Below are positions 10,131 to 20,000 of a stretch of DNA of 20,000 nt, one piece after another. The translations under genes and the position numbers were made by a program. The stretch is from Craspedostauros australis (Eukaryota): positions 61,618 through 81,617 of the forward strand of contig JALAGF010005512.1 in the NCBI GenBank assembly GCA_030167865.1, written 5' to 3'. Every line of letters begins with the position of its first letter. Positions within the stretch are counted from its first letter, which is position 1. A model generated the notes under the pieces. It was not told the DNA's origin and searched no databases. It worked only from the letters and a program-made list of their open reading frames with translations.

Positions 10131-10977
10131 GGTTGGTTGTCTGTTCGTCTGCTTGTTTCTGTTGGTTTTCGTTTCTTCTTTTGCAAGTTCACGCTGGATG
10201 CAGAACGGTGCTCAGTGTAACAGCACCAAGATGCGCCTGTTGAGTGCTTCAGGTTGCAGGTGATGTGTGGATCGCGGCAGCAGCGGCAGTCGTAGCGATA
10301 ACAGCGGCGGTGACTCTTCGTGCTGGATGTGGCAAGTTCTGCGGTTGTCGGCCATGGTCGGCTTCTCTGTCTCTGTTGTTTCACGCTGTCGTTGTGATGT
10401 TGCTGGCCGATCACAAATAGTACAGCCGCCATATCTTGATGATCTCATTTGTCCGTGACAGAATTTACGCCAAACTTAGTACTTCCAACAATCGCAGCAG
10501 ATACTTCATCAATATGAGTGTAGACCATGGCACTAACAATCCTGGACGACCACCGCACAGCACAAAGTCCTCAATCTCCATGCGTATGCCAATGACAAGA
10601 TAACATGTGATACCAGCTGGTGTACACTCAAAGGGATGTTATGGAGAAAGCAAAGCATCAACTGGGCACCATGAAAGTCATGCCAAACGACACGAATGAT
10701 ATCTCGCCGCAAATTCTGGTGTGACACAGCGTTGCCAGGATAAGCAAGAACATTTGCAAATTATTTCTCCAAATTGAGACCATGTGGTGTGTTTGTTGGT
10801 GATGCACAATGGGACAGAGCTATCAGAGATCACTCAGCTCTGTATTGTTGTGCATGAAGGTGCAGGCGCATGAATGGATGTCGAAACCCGCTTGTCACAT
10901 TTGTGCTATGCTATCTTCTGTCGATGGAATGACTGGATGGGGTGGGAGAGTGGTGCTTTCTCATTGTTCCTTCTTTC

Positions 10978-11269
10978 CTGTGCTGTGCTGTGCTGTGCTG
11001 TGCTGTGCTGTGCTGTGCTGTGCTGTGCTGTGCTGTGCTGTGCTGTGCTGTGCTGTGCTGTGCTGTGCTGTGCTGTGCTGTGCTGTGCTGTGCTGTGCTG
11101 TGCTGTGCTGTGCTGTGCTGTGCTGTGCTGTGCTGTGCTGTGCTGTGCTGTGCTGTGCTGTGCTGTGCTGTGCTGTGCTGTGCTGTGCTGTGCTGTGCTG
11201 TGCTGTGCTGTGCTGTGCTGTGCTGTGCTGTGCTGTGCTGTGCTGTGCTGTGCTGCGCTGTGCTGTGCT
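10978..11269. repeat. Pentanucleotide microsatellite (TGCTG)n/(CAGCA)n, ~58 units
   Basis: Read directly. There is a single variant unit (CGCTG) at 11256-11260. Confidence 0.99.
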
Positions 11270-13128
11270 TGGAGAAGAATCTGTGCCCGATTTGCGTTCA
11301 CCAATGGCACCCATCAGCAACACATCAGATCTTGGCTGTGGATGCACCGACTGGGTCACATCGGTGAGCTTGCCAATTGGCTCATCATTTTGTGATTGCT
11401 CATGGCACATTGACATACTTCCAAGCACGCCCCCATCATCTGTTCGTGCTGTTATTGAAACATGTCGAGTAGTGAATTGCCGATGCCTGGATCCAACCTT
11501 GATAGACTCGACAGTTGGTTGTAACGTAGGAAGAACACTATTGGAACCACGGTCAAAGTGGTCAAACACATCCAAGCCACCAGTCACAGGCAAAAGAGTC
11601 GCAAGTCACAACAGCAAAACGAGAACCCACAGCAACAGCACACACTAACACAGAAGCACAATGAAAAAAGACAGAAGCGGAACAGCAAACATAAGTAGCT
11701 ATTTCATAATCCCACAGATAGCACCAGATACATCAAACCCATCTCACACATCAGCTTTGATTCCATTAAACACATCCTTCTGCAATAGATCAGATCGAGA
11801 AGGAGGTGTTCACTGTAAACTCTGTTGGAACTCAAGTGCTATTCTAAGCTTACACTTTGGCCCCTGTTCTTGTTCATACTGTTGCTCCTGCATTCCTCTG
11901 TACTGCATACATCAGTTCAGATCTTTGCATGTTCAGGTTCAACTGACTCAGCCCAGTAACTGTATCACAGTACTGCCATTCTTTTGTGGTACATTGTCTA
12001 CAGTACCCAATGCTTGTGTACATCCTCATTTTTGCTTGTCGTTGAGCTATTCGCTCATGATCTGCCCATTTCATGGTTCATATCGACTCAGGATACGATT
12101 CAAACGCACAACGAAGCTAGAACATGGGAGAAATCTGTGAGGAACAAAGCAGAATGCTAATGAATAACATCGTACCTCTGGCATTTTGTTTGAGCACTTT
12201 GGTGGGGTTGTGTGAAGGAGTGTGTTGAGTGCTTTTGGTGACATGCAGCACTGCACAACAGAAAATGATGTTGTGCTTCCTTTGTGGACACTTTGGCGAA
12301 AGATGAATAGATGGCATTGCAATCGCAGGTGCACATAGACCAACAAGCCTATTGGGACATGCTGTGCTGTCTTGGAGGGAGCAAATGGCGAAATCGACCA
12401 ACAAACTGTTTGTTGAAGTATGGCATAGCATGGCACCACGTAAGACGGACAGACGCAAGAGCTGACCAATGGGCATGAAACTCCTGATGAGTAGTCTGGA
12501 TTGCAACTCAGAGACCATGGACCTAAACATTGGTCATGGACCAAATGAACCAGAGAGATCAAAGAGGCTTCACCGTATTAGTCAAATGTCCGGCGACGCA
12601 GCCGAAAAAGATTCTGCAATCAAGGATGAGACGGATCATCATGGAGGAACCACAATGACCACCAGAAAACAATATGATGAACTGCGATCGTCAATCATGG
12701 ACGATCGACAGCAACAACAGGCTGAGAGTACAAAGCAACCAACAGATACCACGATAAAAGAGAGAGAGAGAGAGGGATCGGATTCCCAACACCAAATAGA
12801 CAGAAGAACTCAGACTACAGATACCAACACTCAATCTGACCCACACCCGTACGACGTACGGACCACGGAAAAATTCAACACGTTTGATCAAACATTTGTT
12901 TGGATTTCGAGCGAAAAACAAAACTACAACCCAACTACCCACCTTCATCGACCAACGATTACCAATAAATAACTCAAGGATTAAACCCTCTTATGAGGCT
13001 GCGCCGGTGGCGATTTTTCTCCGCCTCCTTTAAACTTCGTGCGTGGCACGAAGGGAGCACGGAATCTATGTATTGTCATGTAGTTTGTCGTATGCATCTC
13101 GTTCATGATGCTGCAGCTGCCTGTGTTG

Positions 13129-16100
13129 TCAAGCTGGCGGCGCTGGTGCTGGGTGATGTCGCCGACGTTGAAGCCACTTGAACAGGGCGCCAGAGGCGGC
13201 CGGTTCGTGCAGCACTCGTGCAGCTTGCTCCACCCATACTGCTACCTGCGCAGCGTACGCTTCTGGAGACGGGGCCATTCTTAGCATGCGTTCGTGTGTG
13301 GTATTGTCTTGCTCGAGGCGAAGTCGGAGTGGCTCTGCTCTGTTTCGAAGAGCGTGAATCATCCCAGCTTCGGCCGAGTCCTGACTGTTGAACATGTCGT
13401 TGTTGCGTGCTGCCCACTGATCCCATGCGACGTGCCATATACGTCGTATCAGCTGCCTGGTCCACTTTGCAGCGGACTTGCGAGATCGCGCCTGCTGCAG
13501 ATACTCCTCTTGTATTTGCTCCCAACGCCCAACAACAAGGCCCTTCCTGAGAGCTTGCGCCCCGGCTGCCATCTGCTGTTGCATGGCTTCGTGGAGTTCT
13601 CCGCCTTGGTGGACCGATCGAAGATAGACTGTCCCCTCAAGCTGACTGCGCAGAATGGCAATCAACGTCGAAGCGACTTCCGGCTTCGTCGGGTATTTTC
13701 TCATCCATCGTCGCATCTCTTGTGTGTGCTTTCTTGCTATCGCTCGTCTACCATCGTTCTTACATTGCCAAAAGTGAGCTGTGTCTTCTCGATCGTCACA
13801 GCTTGGACACTGGTCAGACAGCCTCATGCCCCACTGCTTCATGCGCTTGCCCAGGGGTGCTTCCCCGGTGATCAGCTTGATAGTGAGTAGCCGTCGGTTT
13901 TGATCCAGTTCTCGTAGCGCGTCGCCGATTGCCCCCCATTGGACTGGGGCGCCTGGCTGCACCACCTGCCTGGACTGCAAAACTTCAGCCGCGCCCTTCG
14001 AGGTAGGTCCGCGCGCGATCGCATGATAGCCGATTCGCGACATTTTCCTATCGGTAACGAAAGACACCTTCTCGCCGTTGATGTGACCTGTGTGTATCGC
14101 GTCGGTTGGCATCGTGACGCGCGCCGCTCCTGCCACCTTGTCGGCTATCACATTCATCCTGGCCCACCGGCTCAATTCGCTCCATCCTGCGCTGTCATCC
14201 TGGTGCCCCTTCACGTGGCGGCTGCTGATGTCGATTGGGAGTCCTATGCTCATGTTTCGCACTGCTCGTTGTATATCCGCATCCGTCGAGGTTGGGGTCA
14301 GGTGCCATCCTGGGTCGAGAGCATGAAGGGCTCCGACGTTGTCACAGCCGATCTCCGCGCTTCCGGAGCGTATCGCATACACGTCGCACACCACTTTCAG
14401 AATTGCCAGGACCCCGTAGATTCCCGCCAGCTCCGCTCGGTGCGACTGCATGACTCCGTCGGTGGCCGGCGCAAGGTTGGCTACCAGCACCCGTGTGGTG
14501 GCGCCGCTGTATTCGGCCATGATCACCGCACCAGAAGCTCCCTTTCCGTTGGCCACGGACCCGTCGCTGCATGCTGTCACCGTCCCCTGATGCAACGCCG
14601 TCGCTATCGTTCCCCATTGTCCATCGATCGTGTGCTCCTGTATTGACCATGCTATGTCGGGTGGCATCATCTGTATCACTTGTTCCACTGTCGTTGCAGG
14701 CCGTGCTGACCACAGCTCCCCGTCCCCAGTTGCCGTTATGATCAATCGTTCTCCGTCGCGATATCCATCTGCTATGAATCTTGGCCGTGGCATGGCGCCT
14801 TCAGCTTGCTCATACATTTTCTGCCGCCGTCGCCGTGGGACGTGCCTCCAATGCTGTGCCGGATTGTTGGAATCTTGCGCTCTATCTGTCGCCGGGTCCC
14901 AAAACACCTGAGGCTGCTGCGAGCTGAACCGTAACCATTTCCCCAGAGGCCTGTCTAATCGCAGAGTCGTCGACCTTGAGACTTGACAGAGCATGCGGAT
15001 AGTTTGCTGCCACACCTTCCAGTACGCTGACCCTATGTGACCGACTGGCGGCCATTGGATACAGGTCTTGCGTAGCGGCACGTCTCCTGGTTGGCTCGCC
15101 GTCTCCAGAATCTGTCGACCATCTGCCGTTGCAATATCGGAGAGCCAAAACACTTTCTTCGCTATCCGGCACGAGTTGACGATCTTCTCTTGGGACTGGC
15201 CGAGGTTGAGGGCTCGGACGCGCTCCATGATCGGCGCATCCTGTTGTCTTGGGGCATGCAGTATCCCGTCCTCCCACTGCACTTTGATGCCCACCCCACT
15301 GGTTTCCAGCCATACGGCCTTTATCCATGAGTCCTCTGCCAGGTGCCCCCATGCTGCTGGGTCTTGCCCAAACACATCGGGAATTCCCACCTGTATCGAT
15401 ATCAACTCCACTGAAGTTCGTAGTAGCCTTCCTGTCAGCGTGTCTGCGCACCAGTGCCTTGCTAGCACCTCGAGATGTTTTGCGATTTGTACTAAGTACA
15501 GGTGACGCACTCCGAATCCCAGTCTCTCGTGTGGCCCAAACACCAGCTGTCTTGATATGTTCCGCTGTATACCAGCCGCCGGTAGCGCTGCTTGGAGGAC
15601 CGGCCGCATAATACGTTCTGTGGCCGTCTTGGTGAAAGTAGCACTTGTGAGAGGATATTCGAGCGCTTTCCAAATTGTAGACTTCATTGCCACCCAGGCG
15701 TGCGTTCTCAGCATGCTGCTTCTCCTCATCTTGTCGGCCCATTTGGTTGCCTTGCCTGTGTAAAACTTTTCGTTGTCGTCTTGCACCCCGTCGTGCCTCA
15801 CCATTACTCCTAGTGCCTTGCGTGCTTGGTCCACGTGTAGGCGCAGTAGGGTCGATCGTTCCTGTGAATCCGGCTTCTGTATGCTGATGCTTCCAGGCTG
15901 CTCTTCGGCCGTCTTGTACTGCCATCTGGATCCATCCCATTTAAAGGACATCAGGTACCAGTAACTTTTCTTCGGTTCGAGTGCTCCTCCGGTGGCGCGT
16001 AGCATGCCTTCCCACGCATCGACCACTTGCTGTATTTCTGTGATGCATGCGTCAGGATCGTCGATTGCTGCCTTCACTGAGTGTATAAGGTCGGTGTCGT

Positions 16101-18789
16101 CCACAAAGGAGAAACACACCAGCCTTGTTACATCTGTCCTTGTTGGGTTGATCGATTGAAAGCCGTATCCTTGTGTAGACATCGCCTTCATGATTGGCGA
16201 GCTCATCGCGACCCATCCGGCTGGTGATATGCCCAGTCCTTGCAACAATCCCTGCAGCTTGGACCCCCGGTGAGGATACGTGCGTGTTGACTTTCCGAAT
16301 CCTGTGAGCACATGGTGTTGCATGGATTGGACAGCTGCTGTGACGCTGCGGCTTACCACTTGTGGCACTCCCATTTGGTCCATGCTGAGTTCGAGCGGGA
16401 CGTGCGCCATTCTGTCATAGCAGCTTTTGGCATCGTTGGAGCATATGCAGCTGGTGGCCGCCGTCGCCCGTATGATGTCATCCGTCAATCTGTTGTTGAG
16501 ACTCACTTCCGCTGCGCTGCGTTGTTTGCGGCTTCCGTATTGCTCGTCGGGTAACTGTCTTTCTGTTTCTGCGTGCTTCATCATGACCTTTCCTATCCAC
16601 TTCAGATTCGCGTTGAAATCTCCTTCGACCAGGCTGATGGTTCTGAATCTGGTCACTCTGAAGTTCCCGGGCTCCTTCAGCAGCGTCACGTCGGTGCATG
16701 TGAGCCATCTGCGCAAATTGTACCCGGTTCGGAGGGATATTTCACGCATAGCGGCGTCGACGAGTGCTGTCTCCTCCTGTTGTGCGTTGGCTTTCCAGAG
16801 GCCAAAATGCAGACCCGAAGGACCCGAGGTGGTTTTTTTCTCGCGCTTTTCCCCATAGTTGCTGATGATTGGCGACGGTGATCTCAAGCTCCTCTTTCTT
16901 CCAGGTGTCGGCACCCGGCTGGTCCAGCGTCTCGAGCAGCCTGTTGGTGTGCGGATCCATTCGATGTTGGTGTCGGCGTTGAGAGGCGCGGATTCCGAGC
17001 TGTCGTATGTCCCTCGCGAAGGCTGGACGCTGTAATGGGGTGATATATGCTTGTCTGTATTTCGACTCGTTGGCTTTCATGCATTGGGATATCACGTGCT
17101 GCTCCTTGTCATGCACCTCCTCCTCACCGGACTTGTTCTCCGCTATGACCATCGTGACCTTGCTGCCTGCTTCGTTGTTCCCGACCGCGGCGCGGATGGC
17201 CTTGTACATCTCCACTATCTCCTCGCGCTTCTGTATGGACCTCAGTGCTGCTTCCGACGATATGTTGCCATCTTTGGCCACTTCTTCCGCTCTGGCTTGT
17301 AGGAAGGTGCGTCGGTGGGCCCAAGCCTCCTTCTTGGCCTGCTTCCATCGGGTATGCGCACGTTTCCGTTTATCTTCCAGCTCGTCGATGCTCAATGTAG
17401 CTGTCCTCACCTCCACGTGGGCCTGCTTTTTTGCTCTTTCGTACCATCGTGCGCTTACTTTCTTGCCTTTTCGTCGTTTCCATGCGAGATTCCAAAACTG
17501 CTTTTCCATTGCTCTTCTCTTGATTTCAGGAGAGAATGGGACTTGGCCTGTATATATCGTGCGAGCGCCTTTCTCTGCTGTCAGCATGATAGTTGTTCGT
17601 TCCTGATCGATGTGTTCCAGCCGATCTTTCTGCTCTGGCGTCATGACGTTATGGTTTCTGATTTCTTCTCGTAGTTTCTCCGCCCTTTGCCTCAATTGGT
17701 GGCGTTCGTATTGCTTACACACCTCTTTTTGGTCTTTGCGCACTGTCACTGGCTTGCTGAGCTGAACTCTTCGGCCTTCGAATTTGCGCGTGGGTGTGCT
17801 AGCGATTCCAAACACCGATTCCTGGTGGACTTCGATCCATGCCGTGCGGTGGTCCATGGTCCAAAGGCGCTGTACCCAGACCTCACCACCTGCAATGACG
17901 CCGGCACCCATATTCCATCGATGATCCTGTTGGAGCTTGCTCTGATATTCGTGGAGATGCTTGGCGCTTCCGGGTGTTTGCTAAGGATAGACTCACGCAT
18001 TCCGTGCTTGTGCATCATTGTTGCTATTTGTGATCGTGCCACCGGCATGTTGACGTCGCCTCCTACTATCACCGTTTCGCCGGCTTCTTGCCATGCTTGC
18101 ATCTCTGCCTCCAAATCTTGTATCAGTTGCTCGATGGGTGATGTGTGGACTCCTTGCGATTCAAGCCAGGATGCCTGTTGGTTGTAGACCGTTCCTGGAC
18201 TTTGGCCTCCCTTGGTCGGGATGTACACGCTGACGAAGCGAATGGTGGCGTCCTTCTTCCCTCGCACTGCTATGCTAGTCCATCTCCCCAGTTTCCTCGG
18301 GTCGCTGCTGGCATCCTTGTATCGCCCAGTGATGTTTCCTATCATGGTGCATGCTGTTCCACCCCATTGTCTTGGGTCGCCCATGCGTTCTTGTTCGTTG
18401 AATGCTAGTGCGTGTTGTTCGGAGCGCACATGCTTACGTGACCTTGCTTTCCATGAATTCATCTTTCCCAGTTTCGACCAATTGACACCTATCTCTGACA
18501 GAAGAGCCACGTCGATTTGCATCTGTTTGATCCACTGCCATAGGTCGTCGTTCTTCCAGTGTTTTGACTCGGCTTGGAGACATCCCACGTTCAAGGCTGC
18601 GATTCGTAATAAGGTGCTGCCTTTGCTGATCGTGGGATCCCCCCAGTGCCTGTCATGGAGGTCCTGCCCGTCGCGGCGCGTTTCCTCCGAGTTTGCATCT
18701 GTTGGGCTTGCGGGGGTGGCTGTCGTTGCTTCACCTGCCCCCAGCCTTGCATTATTCTTGGCTCTCGCCACTGCCCGTGCTTGAGGCAT
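13129..18789 (-). pseudogene. Retrotransposon ORF2 (APE-RT-RNaseH-CCHC), ~1886 aa when reconstructed; interrupted by two frameshifts (~17854 and 16833-16839) as sequenced
   Basis: Three track ORFs (17746..18789, 16742..17911, 13129..16914) join into one polyprotein. APE at ~18610-17830: ALNVG, LLSE, QWGGT, LGRW, VSVYIP, GGDVN, IDGIW, DH. Pre-RT motif: W.KAREKTTSGPSGLHFG. RT FVDD at ~16100. RNase H at ~14580-14130: SDGS, RAELAG, GCDN, HVKGHQD, N..AD. CCHC at ~13765-13812: CPSC-x7-H-x3-C. It may be an intact CDS if the indels are sequencing errors. Confidence 0.88.
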
Positions 18790-20000
18790 TTGGCGTAGCT
18801 TTGGACGCTTCCAGTTGGGCGCGCAGTGCCGCTATGATAGATTCTTGGCTGGAGATCGTGTTGGATTGTTCTTGCACTCTCACACGACTTGCTTCGAGTT
18901 CCTGCGCTTCACGCGCCATTTTCATCGCTTCCTCCAATTCTGCATCGATTGCTGCTCTTTCATCTGCTTCTGTCTCTGACTCTGGGATGGTGTACCTGGA
19001 CGAGGCTGCTGACTTTCCATACTCTGTTCCAAAGGTCTTGAAGCTTTCGTCTTCTAGCCTTGCCTTTTTGCGTTTTGGTTCTGCGTTGTCTCGTTCCATC
19101 AAATTGATGCCCTCGATGATCACGTTGCCGAATCCTTCGTCTAGCAGAAAGTCCATTTCTTCCTCTGTTTCGACATCCACGTATTCGCCGCTGCCGTCTT
19201 TCTTCATGGCGCTGCTCATTGCAATGATGTCCTCTGAGAACCATTTCTTGGTAGACTCGTTGATTTCCGAGGTGCATCTGATGCCAATCGTGTGGATGAG
19301 TCCGACTGCTTGCGCGAATCGTTCCTCGAATGCTACGATGTGAATTGCATCTTCTTTGCCGTCGGCCATGTGCGTGGTGCTGACGTCGTGAATCAATGGG
19401 CTGCCGTCCTCTGTCTGGCTGGCGAGGAACTCGCGAAGAGTGGTGGTGTTGGTTTCTGGGTCTTTGGTGTCCAGAGCGAAGTCTCCCTTGAGCTGCTCGT
19501 ATTTGAGTCGCCTGACGTAGTTCTGGTGCTTTCTGACCATTGCTTGTACTTTTGTCGCAGTCTTGGCTCCCATCACTGATGTTCCTGGCTTGGGCACGTA
19601 GCGGTAGTTCAACCCCTTTCTGTCACTGTCTTTGGAATTGAAGATTTTGCCCAACAACTTCGATGCTCGCCGGGCGTCTTTGACATCCGCGTGTAGATGG
19701 AGCGCCATCCATGGTGAGTTGTACCAGCTGCCTCCGTTCTGCAGGTGGTCGTCTTTCACTTCCTCCGACACCTTACCCATGAACTTCACTCTTCCTCCTA
19801 CCTTGAGCTTTGCTCGTTTCTCCTCGAGTAGTTGGTTGATGATCGCCAGAGCTTGTTTGGCTTTGGTGAAGTTGCCGGAGTACGCCATGAAACCGATTTC
19901 CGTGGTGTGTTCTGCGTCTTTCAGATCTTGGATGTAGGAGTATTCGCCTTCGTTGTACGCCCCTTCAAGTTCCGTGTTCCAGCTAGTGAACATTTGCATG
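18752..20000 (-). CDS. Retrotransposon ORF1, C-terminal 415 aa (probably 5' partial); no recognisable domain
   Basis: Stop-free frame from the window edge to TAA at 18752-18754, directly upstream of ORF2 and overlapping its first ATG by 38 nt. It has an acidic C-terminal region, an NLS-like PKRKKAR and a coiled-coil-like segment (AIDAELEEAMKMAREAQELEASRVRVQEQSNTISSQESIIAALRAQLE). Confidence 0.8.
   Translation of the reverse strand, partial: MQMFTSWNTELEGAYNEGEYSYIQDLKDAEHTTEIGFMAYSGNFTKAKQALAIINQLLEEKRAKLKVGGRVKFMGKVSEEVKDDHLQNGGSWYNSPWMALHLHADVKDARRASKLLGKIFNSKDSDRKGLNYRYVPKPGTSVMGAKTATKVQAMVRKHQNYVRRLKYEQLKGDFALDTKDPETNTTTLREFLASQTEDGSPLIHDVSTTHMADGKEDAIHIVAFEERFAQAVGLIHTIGIRCTSEINESTKKWFSEDIIAMSSAMKKDGSGEYVDVETEEEMDFLLDEGFGNVIIEGINLMERDNAEPKRKKARLEDESFKTFGTEYGKSAASSRYTIPESETEADERAAIDAELEEAMKMAREAQELEASRVRVQEQSNTISSQESIIAALRAQLEASKATPNASSTGSGESQE

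Larger units (their letters stand above)
12990..20000 (-). mobile_element. Non-LTR retrotransposon (LINE), Ambal-clade-like; 5' part lies beyond the window, 3' boundary uncertain (between ~12590 and ~13100)
   Basis: Two-ORF layout in which ORF2 encodes APE endonuclease, RT (NDAKSCYDR, QGLGISP, FVDDTDL), RNase H and a CCHC motif in that order. This architecture is described for the Ambal clade of diatoms. Clade assignment is from recalled architecture, not from a phylogeny. Confidence 0.9.

Noticed and set aside
10809..11648. Cys-rich (CCAVL)n and (STAQH)n ORFs
   Set aside because: A stop-free 5-nt repeat gives the same peptide in every frame of a strand, so these are not evidence of coding.
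12469..12972. 167-aa hydrophilic plus-strand ORF
   Set aside because: T-poor, A/C-rich sequence with an (AG)n run avoids stops by chance. It has no motifs and crosses the compositional boundary at ~12590.
13035..13053. Hairpin as a Helitron 3' terminus or a bacterial terminator
   Set aside because: No CTRR end follows within the expected distance on either strand, there is no long U-tract, and the context is eukaryotic.
16832..16839. A-AAA-AAC slippery heptamer as a programmed -1 frameshift into the RT frame
   Set aside because: The RT frame is +1 (or -2) relative to the upstream frame, so a -1 slip would enter the wrong frame.
13129..18789. RT as a retron, DGR, group II intron or LTR-element pol
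   Set aside because: The N-terminal APE endonuclease, C-terminal CCHC motif and lack of protease or integrase define a non-LTR retrotransposon.

Overview
Eukaryotic genomic DNA with GT-AG introns, most consistent with a diatom or other stramenopile (inferred from gene content). The left half has four host genes: (1) the last 24 codons of a p24/emp24/gp25L cargo receptor, (2) a two-exon ~988-aa secreted, probably GPI-anchored Pro/Thr/Ser-repeat protein with RXL motifs, (3) a two-exon S10 serine carboxypeptidase on the minus strand, and (4) a two-exon complex I B8/NDUFA2-like gene on the minus strand that seems to carry a ~120-aa internal insertion. The middle (~10.5-12.6 kb) is CpG-poor and apparently non-coding, with a ~290-bp (TGCTG)n microsatellite. 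The right ~7 kb is a minus-strand non-LTR retrotransposon resembling the diatom Ambal clade: ORF1 is cut by the window edge, and ORF2 (APE endonuclease-RT-RNase H-CCHC) is broken only by two compensating single-base indels in homopolymer runs. I cannot support a wholly new multi-gene system. The best leads are the split CI-B8 protein, the RXL-bracketed surface glycoprotein, and the near-intact retroelement with its tail-less, dyad-rich downstream region.
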